From contig JBJCIZ010000239.1 in NCBI GenBank assembly GCA_051294375.1, positions 3,592,461 to 3,656,460 on the forward strand: DNA of 64,000 nt, in the 5' to 3' direction. This DNA comes from Paraspadella gotoi (lineage: Eukaryota; Animalia; Chaetognatha). Positions 38,790 through 52,835 of the stretch are shown in pieces (position 1 is the first letter of the stretch; each line of letters opens with the position of its first letter). The position numbers and the translations under genes were made by a program. The notes below the pieces were generated by a model. The model did no database searches. It was not told where the DNA came from and saw only the letters and a program-made list of their open reading frames with translations.

Positions 38790-41488
38790 AACAAGTTTGA
38801 AGCAAACAATGTCGGATCTGCCTTAACGATAATTAATTATTAATTGATTAATTATTTAATTAATAGATTAATTAATTAATAGATTAATTAATTAATTAAT
38901 TAATGGAGATTAATTATAATTTATATTCAGCTTGTCAATCATCGATGTCTTAAAATTGAGTCAGGACAGTTATAAATGTTTTTGTTACGCATTTTATCAA
39001 ACAAACAAAATATCTCTATTATCGAGCCAGGCGGGCAAAGCCCCGTCCTGTCTAAGATTTTTTTTTCGGTTTAGCTTTCGTTCCGCTTTTTTTTGCAATC
39101 ATGGCTTCTGAAAGTGTGATATCTCATAGGGAGTTTTGAATTTTCATATATGGCTTCTAATTTCATCAAGATCTTTAAAATTCTTCATGTTATATCAATA
39201 TTGGTAATTTGTTTTATGTTTTATTTACAAAAACAAAAACGTTTTTAATTATAATGTCGCTTCTCTCTCTCTCTCTTTTCTCCGTCACTAGCTTCTTCAA
39301 AAACGAGTTCCGTTTCTCTGGCAGGCGTCTGTCCAGCTTCTCTTTCTCTCTCTCCATCTCTTCTCTCTTCTCTCTCTTTTTTTTTTTTATTTAAACAAAA
39401 TTTTTAGATAATTGTGGGTTCACATATGTAAAAACGATGCCACGTAACAAGGTCGCGAAACACCGGGTCCTTTGGTAGAGAATAGCTCACGCTAGTGCGG
39501 CGCCATAAGTTACTGGCTGATTCTTTAACGAGTAAAGGGGCTGTAGAGCTTCTCTCTCTCTCTCTCTTTAATTATTATATATCGCTACTTTCCTCTTCCT
39601 CTTTTTCTCTGCAGCGGCTGTCTCTCTCTTACTCTCTCTTTTTCTCTCTCCTCTCTGTCTCTCTGTCTCTCTGTGTGTTCTGTCCCTATCTGTCGATCTT
39701 TTGCGTGATCGTTTGTTTTTTGAAAAATTCTGATTATTTTTTTCCTTCTAAAAACTTTTTATTATTGCCATTTATTCGCGCTTTTTTCAATACAAAATCC
39801 CATATTTTCATCCGAGATTTTCGTGGATTTATTCTCTTTCTTTCTCTCTCTCTCTCTCTCTCTTTTCTCTCTCTCTTCTTTCTTTCTCTCTCTCTCTTTC
39901 TCGCTCTCTGTCTCTCTCTCCTCTTTCACTTCATACCCGCATTTGTTTGTTTTATTGACTATCATGCATCAATGAATGACAATCATCGAATCAATGAATG
40001 ACAATCATCGCATCACTGAATGACTATCATCACAGCAGTGAATGACTATCATCGCATCAATAATTGATTATCATCGAATCTAATAAATTCCTATACATCA
40101 ATAAATTACTATTACATCAATCAATTAGTATTCCTAATCAATTACTAGTACATCACAATTCATTATCGCATGATTCATTCGTTTTTTCCCGGTTTTTTTC
40201 ATTAATTTTCTATGATAGTGGGCTCTGGCTCGATCTGAGTCTTTTAAAGATTTTTTATTTTATGTTCCTCTCTCTCTCTCACTCTCTCTTTCTCTCTCTC
40301 TCACTCTCTCTTTCTCTCTCTCTCTCTTCTCTCTTTATATTATAAGCGACGATCCTTATGCTTTTAAGATTTTTTTAACTGCATCATTTTTTCAACTTGA
40401 TTGAAAAACTTTATATCTAGCTTCTTCACTCACTTTCCTACCGGACTTTAAAATCTTAATCTCATGGTAAAATAAATAAAGATAAGTAGTGACTCATATT
40501 TTTTTCATTTAAATCATTTCCACTGGTACGTTTTCACTGAAACTTTATATCAAAGCTCGTCATACGTTTTCCTACCCACACACAAAATTTCAACTCAATC
40601 TATCCATCCATATGATTAATTGATATTTATTGGTTAAAATAAGTAAAAGATTTTTAGTAAATCGACTTATGTTTTTTCCATTTAAACTAATTTCCACTCA
40701 CTACGATTCCATCAAAATTTTAATATCCAGCTTTATCACACACTTTCCTACCACACACAAAATTAATTCCAATCCAACCAAGCCAATCACGAGTTATTGG
40801 AGCTTTTTGCTAAGATGGGACGGATGGACGGATTGATTGACTATTAATTAATTATTGATTAATTTATTTACTAATTGATTAATTAACTGATTAATTATTT
40901 GATTTATTTAATAACATCCCCCTCCCGCAGATACATTTAATATAAAAGGAAAAGAAGCATAATCAATTAGTAAAACAGGTTTTTTGTTTTTTTTTCCATT
41001 TAAACTCATTTCCACTCAAACTATTCCATCGAAACTTGATTTCCTGTCAATCACACACTTTCCTACCCACATACAAAATTCCAGGTCAATCATCCCATCC
41101 ACTCATGAGCAATTGTGTTCAAATAGTGAATATATTTTTTTTGTTTTTTCTATTAAACTCATTTCCACTCGGACGATTCCATCGAACTTAATATCCAGCT
41201 CAATCACACACTTACCTATCCACACACAAAATTTCATTAAATCCATCCATCCAATTACGAGTAATTGGTGTTTTTGCTAAGGTGGACGAGGACGGACGGA
41301 TCGGACGACGGACGGACGGACAGACGGACGAAGGACATCATTTTTTTTGCATAATTATCATAATTCGATGTTCTGACATGTATAAGTGTGTGCCGACAAT
41401 ATTGAGGGGGCGGACCGACGGACCGAAAAAGTGAGTTATAAAAAGTGAGTTATAGAGTCGGATCTGCTGATAAGCAGATCCGACTAAA
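38790..41488 (+). mobile_element. ~2.7-kb non-autonomous Helentron-like element with nested repeats
   Basis: Starts aacaag; 5' subterminal gtcggatctgc at 38811-38821; (ggac)n tracts; 3' hairpin agtcggatctgct-gata-agcagatccgact at 41456-41485, then AAAA. Inserted in an A/T run without a clear TSD and absent from the homologous site at ~28265. Confidence 0.78.
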
Positions 41489-43603
41489 ATATAAATATTT
41501 TATATATCGTAGTTTTTTTGTTTATTTACAGTGCGTCGCATGACAACCATCGGAGCGAAAGAAAATTACCTTTTCCAACCGTCGCCATTTTACTCCTTTT
41601 TGTTCTCGAATGCGATTGAATTTGTTTTCAACGACCAAAAAAACAAAAAAAATCGTTGATTGTCATGAAAGGCGTTAAAATTGGAAAAAATGGCGGCGAA
41701 GACGTTTCTCAATAGAAAATTCTAACCTGGAAGCGAAACGCCATCTGTCGAGGAAAGAAGACAGTTTCCTGCGCCGTGTTCTTGTGTTCGTTATATTCTT
41801 GTTTTACCTAAGGTTTTTTTTTTTTATATTTAAATCCGCAGCGTTTATCGTTTTTGATAAATATCAAACACAATTTCCACCCCCCCCCACAGAGGCTCGA
41901 ATTATAAAGCACACCCTGCCAAAAATTCCCTAACTCTCATTCGCCCTGCCAATCAAAGTATATATACACAAGGCTCGAATTATAAGCACCACCCGCAAAA
42001 TTCCTAACTCCTCATTCGCCCTGCCAATCAGTATATATAACACAAGAGGCTCGAATTATAAGCACCACCCTGCAAAATTCCCTAACTCCTCATTCGCCCT
42101 GCCAATCAAGTATATATGCCCCCCCCCCCATCTTACCAATTGTTTCAAAAGGCGTTCTATCTACGTTTGCGCTCAGTTGCCGAGATTTACGGAACATTAG
42201 CTCCGTTGAGCGGAAGTGAAAACCGATTCGGGCCATAGCCTCATTCTAAATGCCTTTGCTTACCCCTGGTAGTGAACTGTTGTTGGAAATAAACCCAATT
42301 CTCAGCGTTTTCTTTTTTCCAACCTGAGCGGCGCTGCCTTGAGCTTGTGCTTGTGCTTGTGATGGTGCTTGTGCTTGAGCTTGTGCTTTGTGATGGTGCT
42401 TGTGCTTGTGCTTGTGCTTGTACTTCTGCTAGTGCCTTACCCGAAATCTTCTGACCTCAATTTATTTTAGACTTTTGTTTTTATCGCTCCCCGTTGCTGC
42501 GCGATATAGGGCGTTGGTCTTTTGTCAGTCGTATAACGTTCTCGTTTTAAAGACAAATATCTAAGTTGTAGATTCATTGGCTTTAGTAGATTTCGTGTAC
42601 TTCGCTTCATCCTTGTTTCTAAAGCAAATCTTGGTTGTGACTAAAATGAACACCAAAAATAATGACCCAACTTGACCGGACTTAAATCGATTGAAAAGAT
42701 AGACAAAAAAAACTGAAAGTAAAAATCCTTTTTTTTTTTTTTTAATTTTTCATTAAAATGGTAAAAATAATAAAAATATACTATTTTTAAAATTTTCTGC
42801 TTAAAAATATAATTTTTGACATTTTGACTAACTTAATGACAAATTTGGAAAAAATATATTGTTTTGTTCCTAACATTAAAAATTAATCATTTTTAAATTT
42901 TAGCTCATTGTTTACTAATAATTATTCCTAAATATATCTTATTAGCTTTTAGTATATTTAAATTTTGAAATAAGCGTACTAGAATATTTTTATAGGTCCT
43001 CCTCCCATCCTCGGCCAGACCTCCCCCCCCTTGCATCCGCCCCCAACTCAGCGGCACTTGCTCATAAAGTTCCACGCCTGCCACGAGCAATGACTCACAT
43101 CAGCACCTGCATTTTGCTTGCAACACGGGAGAATTTTTCCACCTCAATAATTCATTCTTGTTCTTTTTTTTTTTTCTCGGAGCAACTCTATAGTCACTTT
43201 TTGATCGGTCGATCTGTCTGTATGTCTATCTGTCGATCGGTATGTCTGTCTATCAGTTTTGTTCCATATAATTCGCCTATATTTGGTTGCTCATTTATTA
43301 AGACAAAAAAAAACCTGAAATCTAAGGGACTGCGAGCGTCCCCTTAAGGAAATCCTAAACTATAAGGAATTAAAGAGGAATTTTAATGCAGTGCTTGTCA
43401 TGAATACAAGGGCTGAGAAAGTTTTTTAAGCATGTCATGTCATGTCATATCATGTGATCAAAGAGAAATACACGTAAAAATAAAGTTACTGGGCGCTACA
43501 CATTGGAATCACCGTCTTGTTTTCTTAAGAATAAACAAAATTGATAACTATTGTTTTGGTATGATAGAAGGCTTAGTTNNNNNNNNNNNNNNNNNNNNNN
43601 NNN

Positions 43604-44530
43604 TGTCATTGTCGTCATCGTCGATATCGTGGTTGTCATTGTCACAGTCTTTTTTATTACCTCTTTCTCATCTTCTAACCGCAACATCCGAGTTAATGTT
43701 TCGTAAAACGAGAAAAATCTTACGACGAAGTCATAAAATTCACGACAAAGACGACGACGGCGACGACGGCGACAACAACGACGACGAGGACGACAACAAC
43801 GACGACGTGGACGACAACAACAACGACGACGACGACTACAACAACGACTTTGCATCAGCGGAGTTTTCTATCTCGAATCTTCTCTTTGAAATTCGTTTAA
43901 ATTTAGTTCGTTTTCGAATGTATGTTAATTTGTTCGTTCTTCAATTCATTTTTTCGTTCACACGTTCGTTCGTTCTTTTGTTAATTCGATCGTTCGTTCG
44001 TCCGTTGATTCGTTCGTCCGATCATTTAAACGTTAGTCCCGGTGTTCATTACTCTTCCCCGTCCACCTCCCCTACCTTTCTCTTAATAACATTCAAACTG
44101 CGATAAAAGTCAGCGAATCGGATGCTCGAGTTCCGTATGTAATCCGCTCACCTGGCGAGGCTTGAAGGATGTAAGAGCTTTCAAGGGATTCCGGCTCGGC
44201 GATAGGGGCGTTGGAGTTGGATGCTGCTTTGTCGTCGTCGTCGTCGTNNNNNNNNNNNNNNNNNNNNNNNNNGAGAGAGACAGCCGCTGCAGAGAAAAAA
44301 AAGAAAGAGAAAGAGGCGATATATAATAATTAAAAGAGAGAGAGAAGAGAGAAGCTCTTAACAGCCCCTTTACTCGTTAAAGAATCAGCAGTACTTATGG
44401 TCGCCGCACGTAGCGTGAAGCTATTTCTCTACCAAGAGGACCCGGGTTCGCGACCTGTTCGTGCATCGTTTTTTTTAACATAGTGAACCCACATTAATAA
44501 TCTAAAAAATTTTTTGTAAAAAAAAAAAAA

Positions 44531-44562
<32 letters not shown>

Positions 44563-45719
44563 AAGAGCTGGACAGACGCTGCAGAGCCGGAACTCGTTTT
44601 TTAGAAGAGAGCAGTGACGGAGAAAGAGAGAGAGAGAGAGCGACATATAATTAAAACGTTTTTGTTTTGTAAATAAAACATAAACAAATACCAATATTGA
44701 TATGAAACCATGAGATTTTTAAAGATCTTGATGATTAGAAGCCCATATATGAAAAATTCAACTCCCTATGATATCACACTTTCAGAAGCCATGATTGGCA
44801 AAAAAGCGAGAACCGAAAGCTAAACTCGAAAAAAAATCTAGACAGTGACGGGCTTGCCCGCCTGGCTCGATAATAGAGGATATTTTTTGTTTTTGATTAA
44901 AATGTAAAACAAAACATTTTAATAACTGGTCCTGACCAATTTTAAGGACATCGATGAGACACGCTGAATATAAATTATAAATTAATCTATTAATTATTAA
45001 TTAATTAATCTATTAATTAAATTAATCTATTAATTAATTAATTAATCAATTACTTGAATTAAATTATCGTGGCAGATCCGACATTGTTTGCTGCAAACTT
45101 GTTTAATTTAACTCGCGTCGACTTAAATCATTGAAACAAAAGACTTCGAGCTTGACAGCCGGCGACGAAGAAACATAAGAACAACAACTTAGCACAAATA
45201 CTTTATCTCCAATTGTATGATTTATAATATTAATTTGATATATTCCTTGAGCGTGATTCTTGAGCACTTTTCTCGGTTTGGAACGAAAAAACCACCCCCC
45301 AAAAAAATCCAATTCTGAGCCCAAGTTGTGAAATGAGGCAAGTGAAACTATGGAAAATGAAAAGTTAAGGCACCCGAAAAATGGCGCCACCGGCGGCACT
45401 GGTTATGTAAGACGAAGATAAGAAAAGAAAAGAAGAAGTAGAAACGAAAAGGGCGGAGGGCGAAAGGAAAAAAGAGAAAGGAGGAGAGAGAGAAAGAAAG
45501 GGGAAATAGAAAAGGGGAAAAAAGAAAGGGCGGGGGAAATGAAGAAAAAGTAAAGATGAGTAGACAAAGAGAAGTGGGACAGATAAAAGCCGAGGAGAAC
45601 CAAAGTGGAGATATTGAAAAAGGAGAAAAAGAAAAAAGAAAAAGAAAAAAAAAGAAAGAAGAGAATAAAATGAGAGAAAAAAAAAAGAAAAAAGAAAAGA
45701 AAAGAAAGAAAGAAAGAAA

Positions 45720-45750
<31 letters not shown>

Positions 45751-48700
45751 AAATAAAAGAAATAAAGAAAATAAAGAAATAAAGAAATAAAGAAATAAAA
45801 AGAAGGAAAGAAGAAAAGAAAAAAGAAGGAAAGAAATAAAGAAAAAAGAAAACATACCAAAAAATGAGGAAACAAAAATGTTGACTAAGGGAAAAGTCAA
45901 GACCACTTATCGCTAAAAAAAATATGACGACTTAAAAAGAAAAAAAAAAAAAAAAACCGCCGTCTTTGTTTCAAAAAAAGAAGAGTCATTTTTTTTCCGT
46001 CGAGGACAGGTGTCGTCGCGAGAGGGAAGCAGAATGGCGCCAACCAGATTTCGCCACCTGGCAATTTTTTCTTTTCTCAAAAGACAAAAGACAAAGTGGA
46101 AGAGAAGGGGCTTCGTTTATCAACATATGGTCTTTTCATACAATTGAAACATTTTGAAATATTTTTCACTTCATTGATAGGGAAGCCGGGGTACTCTGGG
46201 AGTGAATAAACGAGACTGTGAAAGTCTAGAATGAAAGCTTGCAAGGACCTGCTATGTCATTATCTTGTAAGAGTGATGGAGGCCTTAAAACCACCAAAGC
46301 CTGTCCAAAGTCAGGGGCATGAATGGATAAATTTTTATATTTGTTGTACCAATTTCATTTAAGCATTCCTCATATGCATTTAATAAGTAAATAAATAAAT
46401 ACGTAAACCAGTAAGTAGTCGAGTAAGGGAATGAAGTAAAGAATTAATCAAATATGGTTAAAATTATATGGTGGATTTCAATTACGGTCAGAGCCACATG
46501 TCCGTCTCTCGCCTCCATTCCAAAGATCCGAAATTCTAATCAGGTTGCTCGCCTCGCAGTTGGGACGGGGCGCTTGGCCCACCTAGCAACCAATTAATTA
46601 TTTATTAATTATTATATCCAAGGAAACCAATTAGTTAATCATTATAGTTATTAATAATATACTTTACAAAGTCTCTCATTTAATATTATAATTATAATAG
46701 CATGATCTACACGGGAATCGAACCCCCGACTTACCGAGCCACGAATCACCGCCTTAAATCGACTTACAGAAAGCTGGGAAATGCTCTTTATGATAGGTAT
46801 ATTGTATAATTTATTACAAACATTTCTATCCCCTGAAAAATCTGGCAATCTAGTTAAGTTTGTTTTTTTCTTTTCGGGTAAGCCTCTCCCCTACCCTTAC
46901 CTTTCTTCTCCGTCGTCACGACGACCTTCCCAGCAAGGGTCCTCTAGCGTCGAGTTCGTCGAGTCGCTCGTCCGCCTCCTCCGCCGGATTCGCCCGAGAC
47001 GCTTCTCGGTCGCTTTCCGGCCGCCGTCTTCCTCTTCCGCCGATAAAACCCAGTTTATCTGAAGATTCGAGGCCTGAAAGGGAAGGGAGAGAGAAGGCGG
47101 GGAATGGATAAGTTCATTTCTGAGGAAATCGTTACATTTTATATTATAGACAATATAGTGGGATTGCCTGGATAACCGAGTGGCGGACCCTCAGTGACCG
47201 ATTCTTGTCACGGACAAGTTCAAACGGGTCCTGTCACGTTTTAAACCCGGAAACCAGTGTGACCAGGAAGTGAACCAGTCAATGAGACAGGGCTGTGGGC
47301 GAACAATGGCTGGGGCGGCTTCATGTTGTACGAATCAATTTTAGCAATCATAAATCTATTTTCGTGTATTGATAGACCGACCGACCAAGTGACTCTGACC
47401 AACCGAGATCTCGCTCAATAATTAAGGGCCGGGATTTATTTCACAAACTCATATCTTTGTATTATCTTTGTGTGTGTGTCTCTCTCTCTCTCTCACTCTC
47501 TCTTAAGGTCATATAGGCCGCAGAAAGCGTGCATATCAGGCACTGCCTCGTATGGCGAAACAGAGTAAAAACTAAGAGTCTGTAATAAAAATAAAAAGTA
47601 ATATTTTATATATAGTTAATACATTTAAATCATTTATAATCATGAAAATTTTTTTTTTTAAAATCAGAATTTTTAAAATCGGATTCGGTAGAGATTAAAA
47701 AAAATATTACTACAATATCTCCAAATTTTTTTGTTTTATTGCTTTAAAATTAGCAAAAAACTTATAAAAAATTAAGGTACGACGAGATGATGATGGTTTT
47801 AAAGAGTTTTTTCATATTATTTGACCCCACTTATTCATCAAAAAATATTGAAAAAAAACGCATTATACTTTTTATGGGCTATCTGAATCCGTTCTTAAAA
47901 AATAATATTTTTACAAAAAAAAAATTTTCATTGCCTATGCATTGATAAATATTTAAATTGCTTCAATGTTATACTGTGCTTCACTAGTTTAAAAAAGTGA
48001 ATAATAAATATTGATTAAAGTATATCATAGACAAATGAATTTTATATATACAGAACCCTTAATGATTAAAAAAGTGATCAATTTTTGGCCCGCCTTATGC
48101 CTGGGCCGTGATCCGTAGATTCTCATTATCATTCATTCTCTCTCTCTTCTTCTGCTGCTTCTCTGGACCTCAATTCCGGATCATAAAAATGCCTTCCATG
48201 CCTTCCCCGCGCACCCTCCGCCGCCGCCGCCCGCCCGCCGCCCGCGCGCCGCCCTCCGCCGCCGCCGCCTCGCCGCCGCCTCAGGGTTCTCGGACGCCGT
48301 CGTACGTTTTCCCCTTTTCTCTTCTTCTCTTCTGAGACTCGTAACGAAATGACCGAAAGCAGATTGGAATCGGTTTATGGAGCCGCGTCAATTGTCGTCT
48401 GGACGTCGTCAATTGTCCGTATGGCGGTCGTCATTGTCGGCTATGGCGGTTTGTCAATTGTTGTAGGCGGGGTCCGTTAATTGTCATCTGGACGTCGTCA
48501 ATTTGGTCTATGGCAATTGTTCAATTGTCGATCTGGTGGTCATGCAATTGGCTGTGGTTGGTGTGTTCGTCGATTGTCAGTTGTCGGTTGTTTAATTGCC
48601 AGTTGGGCGCTTGTCTATTTTTTGTCTGTCGGTTGCCAATTGTCGTTTCGTGTCTGGCGCTCGACTACCGTTTGGTTAATAATCGACGGGTTGTTGGGCC

Positions 48701-51098
48701 TGGTCGTCATTAGTCTGCAAGGCTGGTTGTCAATTTCGATTGGTTTGAGTATCAAAAATCAAATTTTTTGCTTTGGCAATTGTCGACCTGGCGGTGGTCT
48801 ATCGTTGGCTTAGTGGTCGTCAAGGTCAGTATTTTGCTCGTAATGGCGTATCGTCAATATGGGTTGTCATTTCGCATCTCGATATCGTGTGTTGTCATTA
48901 GTCATCATCGTCGATATCGTGGTTTGTCATTGTCCCGTCATTGTCGATATCGTGGTTGTCATTGTCGTACATCGTCGATATTCCGTGGTTGTCCCTTGTC
49001 GGTCATCGTCCGATATCGTGCGTTGTCATTGTTCCAAGTCATCGTCACTGATAATTCGTGGTCTGTCATTGTCGTGCATCATCGTCGATATCGTGTGTTG
49101 TCCATTGTTCGTCATCGTCGATATCGTTGGTTGTATTGTCACAGTCTCCTTTTTTATTACCTCTTTCTCATTCTTCTAACCGCAACATCCGAGTTAATGT
49201 TTCGTTAAAACGAGAAAAAACAATCTTACGACCGAAGTCCATTTAAAATCACGACAAAGACGACGACGGCGACGAACGGCGCAACAACGACGACGAGGAC
49301 GGACAACAACGACGGACGATGGACGACACAACAACGACGGACTGACGACTACAAACAACGACTTTGCATTCAGCGGGGGGGAGTTTTATCTCGAAATCTT
49401 CTCTTTTGAAATTCGTTTAAATTTAGTTCGTTTTTCGAATGTATGTTATTTGTTTCGCGTTCTTCATTCATTTTTGTCTTCACAACGTTCGTATCGTTTC
49501 TTTTGTGTTAATTCGATCGATTTCGTCGACCGTTGATTCGTTTCGTCCGATCATTTAAAACGTTAGTCCCGAGTGTTAATTACCTCTTCGCCGTCACCTC
49601 CCCTACACTTTACTACTAATATATAACATTCAAACTGCCGATTTAAAAGTCAGCGAATACGGATGCTCGATGTAATACCGTAATGTAATTCCGCTCACCT
49701 GGCGAGGCTTGAAGAATGTAAGAGCTTTTCAAGGGATTCCGGCTCGGCGCGCATAGGGGCGTTGAGTTGGATGCGTTCCTTTGTCGTCGTCGTCGTCGTT
49801 CGTCGCGTCGTCAAGGATCCGATGGTTCGATTCGCCTGTTTGAAAATCGGGGGGGGGGGAGGACGATTTAAATGGTCGTAATGTCAGTTTAGTTAATAGA
49901 GTCTCGATTCATAATGAATGTAATGAATGATATATATATATGTGGGCTGACTAGACTATCCGCAACTTCTCTTTAAACACCCTCTAGCAGCCATGGAACG
50001 GTCCATGGGCTATGGAAACCAGGCTTTGAGATAAGGTGTCATGCTTTAGGCGGGTGACTGCGACGACTACATATATATAAGGCGTAGTAAAATTTCTAAA
50101 TTTAATTTAAATTTAAAATTCTAAAAATGAGGAACGAATAACATTATATTAATGAACATTTATGTAATAAAAAAAAATTTTATAATAATTTACAATTTAC
50201 GCAGTAGGCCATATTTATATACTAGTATTAACCAATAAATGTTAAAAATTTCAAAACAGTTTTTTTTCTAAGATTTTTTTGCAGATTTGGATTCGCTCAT
50301 AAAAAGTTGATAAAAAGAATATAATTCTTTTTTAAAAATTCCTTCATTAAGTGGGTCAAAATTAGAAAAAAGCTATATTTTAAGCTGAAAATTAACTTTT
50401 ATATATTAAATATAGTTTTTTAATTTTTAACCCACTTAATGATAGAATTTTTAAAAAATGATTTATATTTCTTTTTATCAACTTTTGATGAGGAATCAAA
50501 TCTGGCAATCAAAATTAAGAAAAGCCTATTTTTGAAATTTTTCGATTTATAAGTTATAGTACTAATATAAATATAGCCTACTGCGAAAATTAAAAAATAT
50601 AAAATTAAATTTTTTTTACAAATTAATGTTCAATTAAATATAATGTTATTCCCGTTCCTACAATTTTTAGAATTTAAATTTAAATTAATCTTAGAAATTT
50701 TACTACGCCTTAATAATATGTAGCGGTCATGGCATAAGTTCACCCCGCCCTAAAAAGCATGAACACCTTCAGTCTCAAGCCTGGTCCCAAGCCCATGGAC
50801 CCGTCCATGGCTGCTAGAGGGTGTTAAAGAAGTTGCGGATAGTCATCTTCAGCCCCATATATAATATATACATTTACATTACATTACATTAACATGACAG
50901 TGCATGTGATGACCTCTACAAACTTAACTAAACTGACATAACGACCATTTTGAATCTTCGTTCACCCCCCCCGAATTTTCAACAGGCGAATCGAACTCGA
51001 TCCTGACGACGACGCAATGTAATGTAATGTATATATTATATATGTGGGCTGAAGATGACTATCCGCAACTTCTTTAACACCCTCTAGCAGCCATGGAA
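43604..51098 (+). repeat. further redundant copies of the 28-34 kb locus
   Basis: 43604-44247 corresponds to ~32180-32820. 44273-45103 is the reverse complement of ~38790-39630. 45104-50390 corresponds to 28270-33435, then folds back again. Confidence 0.9.
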
Positions 51099-52389
51099 NN
51101 NNNNNNNNNNNNNNNNNNNNNNNNNNNNNNNNNNNNNNNNNNNNNNNNNNNNNNNNNNNNNNNNNNNNNNNNNNNNNNNNNNNNNNNNNNNNNNNNNNNN
51201 NNNNNNNNNNNNNNNNNNNNNNNNNNNNNNNNNNNNNNNNNNNNNNNNNNNNNNNNNNNNNNNNNNNNNNNNNNNNNNNNNNNNNNNNNNNNNNNNNNNN
51301 NNNNNNNNNNNNNNNNNNNNNNNNNNNNNNNNNNNNNNNNNNNNNNNNNNNNNNNNNNNNNNNNNNNNNNNNNNNNNNNNNNNNNNNNNNNNNNNNNNNN
51401 NNNNNNNNNNNNNNNNNNNNNNNNNNNNNNNNNNNNNNNNNNNNNNNNNNNNNNNNNNNNNNNNNNNNNNNNNNNNNNNNNNNNNNNNNNNNNNNNNNNN
51501 NNNNNNNNNNNNNNNNNNNNNNNNNNNNNNNNNNNNNNNNNNNNNNNNNNNNNNNNNNNNNNNNNNNNNNNNNNNNNNNNNNNNNNNNNNNNNNNNNNNN
51601 NNNNNNNNNNNNNNNNNNNNNNNNNNNNNNNNNNNNNNNNNNNNNNNNNNNNNNNNNNNNNNNNNNNNNNNNNNNNNNNNNNNNNNNNNNNNNNNNNNNN
51701 NNNNNNNNNNNNNNNNNNNNNNNNNNNNNNNNNNNNNNNNNNNNNNNNNNNNNNNNNNNNNNNNNNNNNNNNNNNNNNNNNNNNNNNNNNNNNNNNNNNN
51801 NNNNNNNNNNNNNNNNNNNNNNNNNNNNNNNNNNNNNNNNNNNNNNNNNNNNNNNNNNNNNNNNNNNNNNNNNNNNNNNNNNNNNNAATTTTCGTATGTA
51901 ACTTTCACTACGCCTTAATATATATAATACTTAATACTTAAAATTGATAGAGAAGCCAAGTACTCTTGATTGAAAGCTTGCAGTGACCTGCTATGTAATT
52001 ATCTTGTAAGAGTGATGGACCACCAAGGCCTGTCCCAAGTCAAGATAGCTTATTTAGTATATGAATAGATAATTTTTATTTTGGTTGTACCAATTTCATA
52101 TATATTTAAACGCGGACAAAAAAAAAATATATATATATATATTATCTAATTATATATTATATATTATTTAATTTTCATTCACTTCACTTATCTTTACAAT
52201 ACTTTTCTTTATTTCACTTTAGTTTACTTTACTCCTTTACTACACTTTTATTATTTATTCTTCTTTGTTCTCTAAACTTTTTCTTATTCTCCTTCGACCG
52301 CGGATTCGTATTTCACGTCAGTTAAAATTCTATGTTCGAATTCAAACTGATCGGGTGGCACAATTTAAAAAGGTGAAAGGTCAACCAGA

Positions 52390-52412
52390 TTCTCTCTCTC
52401 TGTCTCTCTCTC

Positions 52413-52480
<68 letters not shown>

Positions 52481-52790
52481 ACTCATACACGCATTTGTTT
52501 GTTTTATTTACGATGAATGATTCAGCGCCTCAATGAATCACTATCATCGCATCAATGAATGACTATCATCGTATCAATGAATGATTATCATCATATCAAT
52601 GAATGACTATCATCGCATCAATCATTTGATTATCATCACATCAGTCATTTTGTTATCATCGCATCAATTATTGGTTATCATCGCGTCAATATTTGGTTAT
52701 CATCGCATCAATATTTGGTTATCATCGCATCAATATTTGGTTACTATCGAAAGCGGCTCGATCTTTATGCTTTTAAGATTTTTTAGTTTG
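52390..52790 (+). repeat. (TC)n plus 22-bp tandem repeat (atcgcatcaatgaatgactatc) module
   Basis: The same module lies at 39840-40380 inside the 2.7-kb element, sharing tttcac(t)tcatac.cgcatttgtttgttttatt and ttatgcttttaagattttt. Confidence 0.8.
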
Positions 52791-52835
52791 TTTTAGTGTC
52801 GAGCGATCGCCTATGTGGACTGGGATTTTTCGCGA

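Larger units (their letters stand above)
26155..43578. repeat. large fold-back duplication centred ~33440, probable artefact
   Basis: 28270-33435 mirrors 33445-38790 and 26155-28265 mirrors 41490-43578. The arms show indel-type divergence and the structure ends at a 25-N gap. Confidence 0.9.

Noticed and set aside
26155-43578. Genuine giant palindrome or gene amplification system
   Set aside because: Indel-dominated arm differences, an identical duplicated pivot and 25-N borders favour assembly artefact. It cannot be fully excluded without reads.
51084-51941. ORFs of mostly X (also 17971-18320)
   Set aside because: They span N-gaps.
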